DNA of 63,557 nt, the filler included. It is 7 parts of 7 records of this genome, joined end to end, with 100 filler letters (N's around TTAATTAATTAA, not from the genome) between each part and the next. Parts side by side here need not be neighbours in the genome. Positions count along the whole stretch, not along the records: positions 56,059 to 63,557 come from SRR31156797_3501; 6 more parts are not named here. The stretch is one strand, 5' to 3'. A program made the translations under genes and the position numbers. Below, piece by piece: positions 56,059 through 63,557 of the stretch. The notes under the pieces were generated by a model. It ran no database searches. It was not told the origin of the DNA and was given only the letters and a program-made list of their open reading frames with translations. Position 1 is the stretch's first letter, and every line of letters starts with the position of its first letter.

Positions 56059-56492
56059 ATGGCATGACGGTGGATATCATCCAACCCGCCGGAGATATCA
56101 CCGGCTTGAATGTGGGCGATCACGATTCCCATTTCCGCCGCGCACATTGCGGCGGCCAAAGTTTCTCCACGATCCCCCAATAGCAAAAGGATATCGGGGC
56201 GGACCCGATCAAGAACCGGAGCGAGTTCGGAGACGCAACGTCCGAGCGCTTGCGTCCTATCCAAAGCCTGCCCGCCGTAGGTTCCGAGATCGACGACCTC
56301 ACTCACGGCAATATGACCCTTCACCTCGTCGATGGTGTTGCCGAAAGCTGCATTGAGATGCATATCCGACGCGATCACGCACAATTCCATGGCCGGGTCT
56401 GCCTGGATCCCATGCATGATCCGAAGCATGGCGCCGAAACCACCGCGTTTTCCGGTGAAAACGACGATTTTCTTTTTTTTGGTTTGGAGCAA
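56059..56492 (-). CDS. neuC: Hydrolysing UDP/GDP-N-acetylhexosamine 2-epimerase (NeuC/LegG family), 3' truncated
   Basis: ASDMHL..FGNT, LLGDRGETLAAA, AHIQAGDISGGLDD. Confidence 0.85.
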
Positions 56493-56508
56493 AACGTCTT
56501 CCTGTCTA

Positions 56509-57231
56509 TTACGTATCGACGCAACCGCTGCGTTGCCGAAGAATCAGAAATTCGGCGAAGGTGAAGTCCAGTGGGGTATCGATATCGACCGATTCTTCCG
56601 CGGGCATCTCATAAGAAAGAGACTTTGTCCCATATAGGGACCCCTTCCGAATCACGTCGGAACTTGTGACGAGCACCGCAGGCCCGTTGCGTGCGTAGGC
56701 AATCGGAATGTCCCGGTGACCGACAGCAGGGGGCTGGTTCTCCAGATAAGGCACAAGACCCCCGGGTTCCGGTCTCGATAGTTTTAGGGGGTGGAAGATG
56801 TGCGGGACAGGTATCACACTGACGACCGAATCAGGCTTATGTGAAAGGAACAGCTCAACGGCTTCGTCAATATGTCGGGCGGTACGTAGAGGCGAGGAGG
56901 GTTGGAGTAGAACGATAGCTGCAATGTTTGATCTTTCCGGGTCCAGCCGCTCAAGAACGTCTTGTACGACGGGCAACATCATGGTGTCGTCCTGTGCGAG
57001 ACGTCCTTCCCGCAGGAATGGGACCTCTACGCCACAGGAGCGTCCAACCTCGGCGATCTCCGGATCGTCGGTCGAAAGAATAACCCGATCCAGCAGCCCG
57101 GCCTTCAATGCGGCATCACAAGTATAACCGAGCAAGGGTTTGCCTGCGCAGGGCGCAATATTCTTGTGTGGTATTCGTTTCGAACCGCCTCGCGCCGGGA
57201 TCAACCCGACAACGTCTCGCATCGATGACAT
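56509..57231 (-). CDS. neuA: CMP-nonulosonate synthetase (acylneuraminate cytidylyltransferase)
   Basis: IPARGGSKRIPHKN, LSTDD, LQPSSPLR, SVDIDT. Confidence 0.92.
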   Translation of the reverse strand: MSSMRDVVGLIPARGGSKRIPHKNIAPCAGKPLLGYTCDAALKAGLLDRVILSTDDPEIAEVGRSCGVEVPFLREGRLAQDDTMMLPVVQDVLERLDPERSNIAAIVLLQPSSPLRTARHIDEAVELFLSHKPDSVVSVIPVPHIFHPLKLSRPEPGGLVPYLENQPPAVGHRDIPIAYARNGPAVLVTSSDVIRKGSLYGTKSLSYEMPAEESVDIDTPLDFTFAEFLILRQRSGCVDT

Positions 57232-58901
57232 TAATTTAAATCCAAGAACTGTGTTGCGAATGCCCGCATGGATGCGCGATGTGAGATGGATAAGATAATC
57301 GTTTCAGGAAAGGTCGCGCGAAATCTTTCCATCATCTTCTTTTCCATATTCTCATCGATGTTGGCTGTCGCTTCGTCGAGCAAAAGAAGGTCCGGCCGTC
57401 TCAGGATCGCTCTTGCCAGGGATAGACGTTGTTGTTGTCCCGCCGATAGGCCGGCGCCATCCTCGCCGATTTTGGATTCTATTCCACCGGGCCTGGAATT
57501 GACGAACTCCGAACATGAGCACCACAGTGCTTGTTGGATCCGGTCATTTCGAACGTCGCTTCCGTCGCTTCCGTCGATGCCGAAAAGTAGGTTTTCGGCG
57601 ATCGTGCCTGCAAAGAGGTAGGGAGAGGGGCCGACAAAACTAATTCGTTTGCGAAAACTGCCAGGATCCAGGTCGACGATGTTGTGCCCATTCCACTTGG
57701 CCGCCCCTCTTCGCGGAGGGACCAAACCGACCAGGGTCATCAATAAGGTGGTTTTTCCGCAACCGGACTCGCCCGTGATCAGAAAAGTTTCTCCCTTATG
57801 AACCGCGAAAGACAAATTCGGAATCAAAACGCTATCGCGACCGACGTCCAGATCCTTAACCTCCAATGAGATCAAGGGCTTTTCGACCCGCAGTGTTCCT
57901 GCCGGCGAATGAGGAATGGCCGCTAAAGGGGTGGTTTTTTTCAGGAAATCGAAAATTTCACGAAAAAACGGCACCGCTTGAATTAAGCTTCCAAAAGTAT
58001 TTGATAGCTGAGCGGCCGCCGAGGAAAAACGATGGAGAAAATAGACGAAGGGAACGAGCTCCACCAAGCCGATCAGACCATACCGGACATTTGTTTCGAT
58101 AATTATAACAACTAGGAGTATCCCAATCATGAAAGGATAGACGGAGATACCTCCTTGAATTCCATAATACTTGAGAAAGCTCGATAGAATTCGATTGTTC
58201 TCGCCGAGAAGCCGCACCTTCTCCTGCGAGTCGGCTCCAATGATCCTAAGCAGGTAACCGTGTTGAACATCCTTCATCAAGCGATGGGTGAAGGCGGAGA
58301 TGTTTTCGTGCAGAGCTTTGGCGGCTCTTCGGAGAAAGATCGGTGCAGGTAATAAAACGGTGGCCGCTATTACCTCCAGGCCGAGCGCGATAGCGGTTAG
58401 GGATGGCGAAAGCTTGAGCATTCCAACAACGAGAACCATGCACATAATGGTGCCCGAGAGAAGCTGTACGGCGAGATTGATGGCGGTGACGCTCCGAGGG
58501 ATGACGTTGCTTAGCAGGTGCGTAACATCCGGAGACGATAGTGCTGCGCCTTGGTCCGCTTGTCCGACCGTCCGCATCAGAATTTTCGCCCGGACCCGGC
58601 GACTGAAGGCCTCTGAGGTCATGAGGGGAAGGACGAATCCGCCATAACGGGCCAAACCGACAAGCACTCCGAGCAAACAAATCAGAAGACGTGGGTCCAC
58701 CCCGATAGCGGAGGAAATTCGAAAGCCGATAGCTTCGGGAGAAAGCAGATTATAGAAGGCCAGTAGCTCTTGAAGAGAGAGCCCCAAGCCGATCTCAAGG
58801 ATGCCTATAGCAATACCGATAGGCAGTGAGATGCCCGTCAGCATCAAAATGCCCGGCCCAATTGCCGACCGCAGAGCGCCAATCTTATGCAGGGATTTCA
58901 T
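57231..58901 (-). CDS. ABC exporter, fused permease-ATPase (glycan flippase-like)
   Basis: N-terminal TM domain, GESGCGKTT, LSAGQQQR, LLLDEATANID, SHR. Confidence 0.88.
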   Translation of the reverse strand: MKSLHKIGALRSAIGPGILMLTGISLPIGIAIGILEIGLGLSLQELLAFYNLLSPEAIGFRISSAIGVDPRLLICLLGVLVGLARYGGFVLPLMTSEAFSRRVRAKILMRTVGQADQGAALSSPDVTHLLSNVIPRSVTAINLAVQLLSGTIMCMVLVVGMLKLSPSLTAIALGLEVIAATVLLPAPIFLRRAAKALHENISAFTHRLMKDVQHGYLLRIIGADSQEKVRLLGENNRILSSFLKYYGIQGGISVYPFMIGILLVVIIIETNVRYGLIGLVELVPFVYFLHRFSSAAAQLSNTFGSLIQAVPFFREIFDFLKKTTPLAAIPHSPAGTLRVEKPLISLEVKDLDVGRDSVLIPNLSFAVHKGETFLITGESGCGKTTLLMTLVGLVPPRRGAAKWNGHNIVDLDPGSFRKRISFVGPSPYLFAGTIAENLLFGIDGSDGSDVRNDRIQQALWCSCSEFVNSRPGGIESKIGEDGAGLSAGQQQRLSLARAILRRPDLLLLDEATANIDENMEKKMMERFRATFPETIILSISHRASMRAFATQFLDLN

Positions 58902-59123
58902 TTTAACCTTTTACGCTCTGCCGACATGCGTGATGCCGGCAACGAGGCTTGATTCACAGAGCCATCCACGGTGAAGGAGGAGCAAACCAGTTTGAAGCGC
59001 TTCGTCGTCGGATTGCACGGAACATCTGTTTAGTGGAAAGATGGAAAGTAACGATGCCTGTGTGGGCAGTCATTCAAACGAGGGAACGGCAAGAAGCCCA
59101 AGCATGTTGATGCCCCGATCGGT

Positions 59124-60422
59124 TCATGTGCGGGCCGGCACGTCGCGCATTACATCTTTCATGAAGCGTAAGATGGGAGGAAACGAGATATCCGGGGCAT
59201 AGAGGTGCGCGTAGTCAGCCTGCCCATTTTCACGAAGCCTATGATTAAGGTTACGGTCATTGACGGCCGCCAAAAGGGCTTCGACAATTTCGGTTTCGTC
59301 GCCGCCTATCAAGCAATTCTTGCCCGACTCTAATTCAGGCATCCCCAAAATACTGTTGGCATGGCAAACCACACAGCAGCCAATTGACCATGCCGAGACT
59401 ATTCGCGAGCGGTTGCCAAGATCATCAGCCGTTGGAACGAGGAATACATCGGCTGATTCAAGGGCGCTCTGGAGATCTTCTACGAAGCCTAAATATGAAA
59501 TGTTCGGATAATCCAATTTTTCTTCAAGCCATTGGGGAGGAGAAAATTTTCCGATCACTTCGAACTGAAACTGATCGAATACGCCTTTTCGCTTGAGTGC
59601 CGGAATTATTTTGTAGGCAAAGAAGTCAAGGCCTCTGAGCGTTGCAGTTGCGCGAAGATGGCCGACCAAAGAAATGCGGAAGGGGGGTGTTCTGTCGGCG
59701 GGCAGGGATGGAGACGTTGCGAATGTCGTCCGCGCATCGGGTATGGGATTGGTTAAATACTCTACCTTTTGATTGGGGAGAAGTTGCCTGCAAATGGTCT
59801 CTGCATTTTTAGCAAAGGCGCAAACACCGTTTACAGAAGCAAGTGATTCACGGGTTTCGCGCAGACGTTTGGGCCGTTGAATCAAATAGTCAATCTTCTC
59901 GAAAAGCCATTTCCATATCGATTCGCGATACAATAACCTGATTTGAGCTTCCCTGTTTTTGTGCGGAAAAACACCAATTCCCAATACTTTCGGTATGTCC
60001 TTAACATCGATAAGAGCGGCACAAGTTTCTAACATATACAAAAAGCAGCAATCGGGAGAAATGGATGCGACCTTCTTGCTGACTTCCGGGGCCATCTCCC
60101 GCCACGGGCTGTAATATGCTTCGGAGAAGAACAACCGCGAGTGTATTTTGCGGATGATGCCGAAAAGTCCAGACAACTGCCGCGGACCGTAGAGATCCCT
60201 ACGATGTTTGACGTACTCGACCTGAGAAACACCAAAACTATGAAGTCTACGACGGGCCATATCATGGATCTCAGTTGGATTCCGCGTTGGATCCAAATAG
60301 AGGTATGCAACGTCATAGCCAGCCTTGACGAATTGTTGAATGAGTGAGAAACGCACTCCCGCGTCACCACCGCGGTCGGTGGCCGGCGGGTTCAGGCCAA
60401 CGAAAAGAATTTTCGGTTTCAA
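59124..60422 (-). CDS. GT-B glycosyltransferase (family 4-like)
   Basis: YLGFVEDL..LESADVFLVP..G.RSRIVSAWSIGCCVV. Confidence 0.8.
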   Translation of the reverse strand: MKPKILFVGLNPPATDRGGDAGVRFSLIQQFVKAGYDVAYLYLDPTRNPTEIHDMARRRLHSFGVSQVEYVKHRRDLYGPRQLSGLFGIIRKIHSRLFFSEAYYSPWREMAPEVSKKVASISPDCCFLYMLETCAALIDVKDIPKVLGIGVFPHKNREAQIRLLYRESIWKWLFEKIDYLIQRPKRLRETRESLASVNGVCAFAKNAETICRQLLPNQKVEYLTNPIPDARTTFATSPSLPADRTPPFRISLVGHLRATATLRGLDFFAYKIIPALKRKGVFDQFQFEVIGKFSPPQWLEEKLDYPNISYLGFVEDLQSALESADVFLVPTADDLGNRSRIVSAWSIGCCVVCHANSILGMPELESGKNCLIGGDETEIVEALLAAVNDRNLNHRLRENGQADYAHLYAPDISFPPILRFMKDVMRDVPART

Positions 60423-60499
60423 CGGTTATCGGCTCCTCGACGAACGGAATGGAGTTTTATGGACGCTAGGGCTCGGAAAGAAATCAAAGCGATAAAGAG

Positions 60500-61303
60500 T
60501 CAAGACGTCTCGGTTGCATAAAGGCGTTCGATCCGCTCTTTGTCCTTTTGATTGCCGAGATAGATGAAGGAATTGGCTTCACAGGTTCGTACAAACTCCG
60601 CAAACCGAAGCTCCGGATTTCTTGCGGTAAATTCGCTCCAGGCCCGTTGTTCACCGCGAATGGGATCGCCATGGAAGCAGTACCAGTCATCGAAAACGAT
60701 GATGGTGCCTATCTGAAGAAATCCTTTGATGAATTCCAATATCGGAACTGTTGATTCGTAGAGATCGCAATCGATGTAAATAGCGGCGGCTTTTTTTCCC
60801 GCTAATTCGTCGGCCAACTCCTGCGTAAGGGTTTGATCGTAAAACCCTTTGATCGTCATCAAACGATCTCTCGGCATGCCGGTAGAGGTCACAATCCGAA
60901 TATAGTCATCTTCGGTCGTGGCGAGTTTGCCCTGTTCCCATATCTCCTGATCGTCTTTTGCCTTAATTTCCGGGAGGCCTTCGAAGGAGTCAAAGCCGAC
61001 ATAGGTCCAATCGAACAAATGGCGGCTGTGCTTCCATGCCATTCTCATTGTATTGCCGCTATGGCAGCCGAACTCGAAAAAATAACCGCCAATAGGGCGA
61101 TTGGCATTGCAGAACCGGGCTATGCTAAGGAAAATTTCCTCCCGCATTCGATTGCCATATGGAGTGAAGTCACGCTTGATCCATTGCAACCTCAATCGCT
61201 CATTTTTGCTAATCAATGGCAAGAGCGTTGGAATATAGGGGCGTAACGCGTTCTTAACGCTCTCAGGGAGCTTTTGGTATAAATTCTTAGTCAAACGATA
61301 CAT
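60500..61303 (-). CDS. TylF/MycF/NovP-family sugar O-methyltransferase
   Basis: FEFGCHSG, GFDSFEGLP, KGFYDQTL, IDCDLYES, VFDDW. Confidence 0.9.
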   Translation of the reverse strand: MYRLTKNLYQKLPESVKNALRPYIPTLLPLISKNERLRLQWIKRDFTPYGNRMREEIFLSIARFCNANRPIGGYFFEFGCHSGNTMRMAWKHSRHLFDWTYVGFDSFEGLPEIKAKDDQEIWEQGKLATTEDDYIRIVTSTGMPRDRLMTIKGFYDQTLTQELADELAGKKAAAIYIDCDLYESTVPILEFIKGFLQIGTIIVFDDWYCFHGDPIRGEQRAWSEFTARNPELRFAEFVRTCEANSFIYLGNQKDKERIERLYATETS

Positions 61304-61436
61304 CTGATGTTTTCCACGATTTCAACGTTCGTCATCGTAACTAGGGGAAACGATACGTACGGTTTGCAGGAACTCACAGGTTCATTTGGTGACGTCACTT
61401 AATATTGGACCTAATTGGGCCAACTCCGCCAGCATG

Positions 61437-62390
61437 TCAGCCAGAGCCATTCTCGCGATCTAATATGGAGCGATACCAACCGACAGTTTTTGCGATGCCG
61501 TCCTTAAGAGGCGTTTGAGCGTGCCAACCCAATTGCTGCTTGGCTCGCGTGACATCCAACAAGCGTTTTTTCACTCCAACGAATTTCGAGGTGTTGTTGA
61601 CAACTTCGCCGCGATATCCCGTGACATCGACAATGTGATCGACGATTGAGCGGATCGTATAAGCTTCGCCTGTTCCCAAATTGGCAACATCGAAATCGGA
61701 ATGACGCGCCGCCGTGACGATTCCGTCCGCGGCGTCTTCGGCGAACAAGAACTCCCGTTCCTGATTGCCGTCGCCCCAAACTTCCACGTTTGGAGTACCG
61801 AAACGGGCTGCACGGACGAACTTGCCGATCAATGCTCCCATGACGTGCGAATTCTCGGCGAAGCTGTCTCCCGGGCCGTACACCGTGGGCAGGATTACCG
61901 CCGTACTTGCCAAGCCGAATTCCTGTCGATAGGCCCGCTCGGCAATCAAAACAGCCTTTTTGGTTTGGGCATAGGCGAACAGATAGTCTTCGGGCTCGGT
62001 TCCGAATAACTCGCTTTCCGGATGTGGCACATCGGTGGGTGGATACATGCAGTAGGACAGCACACTGGTCATCTTCGCTTGCGGAAGGTGGCGGCGCCAT
62101 GCCTCGAAAACGTTCACATTCAGCGACATGTTCGCATAAAACTGCGTTGCCGGATGGTTCACCGGCCAAGCCCCGGCTTTGTAGAGCGCGGCCAAGTGGA
62201 AAATATGATCGAACGGAGCCTGCTGGGCGAGATTTTCGAAAAAAGCGAAGGTCGCACCATTTTCGGTCAGGTCGACCTCACCCGATCCGAGGGCAACGAC
62301 ATGCCCGCCGGGTTCCACCTCCCGCTTAAGCCGTTCGACCAGGGTGCGGCCGATAAATCCTGTTCCACCGGTGACGATGACGTTTTTCAT
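61437..62390 (-). CDS. NAD-dependent epimerase/reductase (GDP-fucose synthase-like)
   Basis: TGGTGFIG, SYCMYP, YAQTK, VYGPGDSF..SHV, VWGDGNQEREFL. Confidence 0.88.
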   Translation of the reverse strand: MKNVIVTGGTGFIGRTLVERLKREVEPGGHVVALGSGEVDLTENGATFAFFENLAQQAPFDHIFHLAALYKAGAWPVNHPATQFYANMSLNVNVFEAWRRHLPQAKMTSVLSYCMYPPTDVPHPESELFGTEPEDYLFAYAQTKKAVLIAERAYRQEFGLASTAVILPTVYGPGDSFAENSHVMGALIGKFVRAARFGTPNVEVWGDGNQEREFLFAEDAADGIVTAARHSDFDVANLGTGEAYTIRSIVDHIVDVTGYRGEVVNNTSKFVGVKKRLLDVTRAKQQLGWHAQTPLKDGIAKTVGWYRSILDRENGSG

Positions 62391-62410
62391 GTGCTGTTCT
62401 CGTGCCAGGA

Positions 62411-63556
62411 TCAGGCCTCGCTCCACTTTTCGCAGCCGGAGGCGGAAACGATCTCAATTTCCGGCTCAGGTATGATGATGCGTCCGCCGGACGCGAGGAA
62501 ATCAGCGTACTTCTCCAAAAAGAAGTCCCGGAAGTTCCAGGAAAGCAGCAGGTAATAGTCGGGCGGCTGGGAAACTTCGTCCTCACCGATTACCGGAATG
62601 TGGGTGCCGGGCGTAACGTGGCCGATCTTGAACTGGTTTACCTCGGTAATCTGCGGAACGAGGTCGGGGCCGATGCTGCAGTAATTGAGCAACGTGCTTC
62701 CCTTTACCGGGGCCCCCAGACCGTACACGGTCTTCCCTTCTTGATTGAGCGTTTTGAGCAGACGTTTGAGACGGGCAGCCTTGTTCGTCACACTTTCGGT
62801 GAAGCGGGTGTACGTGGCCGGATCGAACAATCCCGCGTCCCGTTCCGCTGCGATCGCTTGGTCGACGGCCGGGGTCGTGGCGCGAGGATTGTCCGGGTGG
62901 CCCACATAGAGGACGAATGAGCCCCCGTGCACGTCGACGAACTCGACGTCGAGCAGCCTTAGGCCATTCGCTTCGAACAGCTGCTTCAAGGGAGAGATCG
63001 AATGGATGCAACTATGCTCATGATAAAAATGGTCGAATTGAAGCCGCTCGATAAGATCTTTCAGGTAAACGCATTGGATGACAAAAACCGTCTGTTGCGA
63101 CATAACGGCCTTCAGGCCTTGGATAAAATCGTGGAGGTCCGGTAGGTGATAGAAGACCGCGGTCGCGGTGATGACGTCGGGTGTCAGACCCAGGTAATTC
63201 AGAGCCGCCCCTGTCGCACTGTTCCAAAAAGTGCGACAAACCGTAATGTTGCCGGATTTCGCCAATTCTCCCGTGCGCAGTCCGGGATCTATCCCGAGTA
63301 CACGCATTCCTGCGGCACGGAAACTTTTCAACAGCGTTCCGTCGTTGCAGCCGATATCGAAAACCAGAGAATTCGGTGCGAGTTCCAGCTTTTCGACCAC
63401 GTGACCGGCCAGCCAGCCGAAATACTCGACGATTGGAACGTTGGCTCCGGTGATATAGGGATGGTCCGAGAAAAGGAATTCCTGCGGCGGGAATTCTCCG
63501 ATCTGGACCTGCCAACAGTCCTGGCAAACCATCATGGAAAGCGGAAAAAGCGGTTC
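62411..63556 (-). CDS. NDP-hexose C-methyltransferase, 5' truncated
   Basis: CQDCWQVQ, DIGCNDGTLL, FDHFYHEH, VHGGS, GAPVKGSTLLNY, LLSWNF. Confidence 0.9.
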   Translation of the reverse strand, partial: EPLFPLSMMVCQDCWQVQIGEFPPQEFLFSDHPYITGANVPIVEYFGWLAGHVVEKLELAPNSLVFDIGCNDGTLLKSFRAAGMRVLGIDPGLRTGELAKSGNITVCRTFWNSATGAALNYLGLTPDVITATAVFYHLPDLHDFIQGLKAVMSQQTVFVIQCVYLKDLIERLQFDHFYHEHSCIHSISPLKQLFEANGLRLLDVEFVDVHGGSFVLYVGHPDNPRATTPAVDQAIAAERDAGLFDPATYTRFTESVTNKAARLKRLLKTLNQEGKTVYGLGAPVKGSTLLNYCSIGPDLVPQITEVNQFKIGHVTPGTHIPVIGEDEVSQPPDYYLLLSWNFRDFFLEKYADFLASGGRIIIPEPEIEIVSASGCEKWSEA

Positions 63557-63557
63557 C

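Overview
This window is not one locus. It is seven unrelated contigs joined by artificial 100-nt spacers (44 N + TTAATTAATTAA + 44 N). Taxonomic labels below are inferred from composition and gene content. (1) 1-5798, Desulfobacterota-like: a stand-alone PilB/GspE N2-like protein, a ColR/ColS-type two-component system with two 11-bp-period TTCAC arrays, and the start of an RND efflux operon. (2) 5899-12138, very AT-rich, Fusobacteriota-like: coaD end, radA, disA, hflK, hflC, a chemoreceptor and a tRNA 3' end. (3) 12239-19255, Methanosarcinaceae-like archaeon: thioesterase, DUF2341/PGF-CTERM surface protein, nudC, gpmA, thioredoxin, prenol-kinase/DUF92 fusion and a PAS sensor. (4) 19356-34677, Desulfobacterota-like: Liv-type ABC importer, Fe-alcohol dehydrogenase, Tat-exported lactonase, SDR, acyl-CoA ligase and radical 4-hydroxybutyryl-CoA dehydratase; then ogt, ICMT/MarR, TetR and a PAS kinase/sigma54 activator pair. 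The first part reads as an anaerobic gamma-lactone/4-hydroxyacid catabolic pathway and is the best candidate for an undescribed system. (5) 34778-50796, Desulfobacterota-like: an aminotransferase + three-subunit Mo-hydroxylase (HcrB-like flavoprotein) + two GlcD paralogues + GlcF + TRAP operon of unknown substrate, a YWTD-repeat IPTL-CTERM protein, a RAYT scar and a PAS protein. (6) 50897-55958, Bacteroidales-like: an [FeFe]-hydrogenase-associated partner-switching cluster whose HfsB-like sensor has no hydrogenase domain. (7) 56059-63557: a surface-glycan cluster (C- and O-methyltransferases, epimerase, glycosyltransferase, ABC exporter, neuA, neuC). All calls are by-eye motif recognition; no database searches were run.
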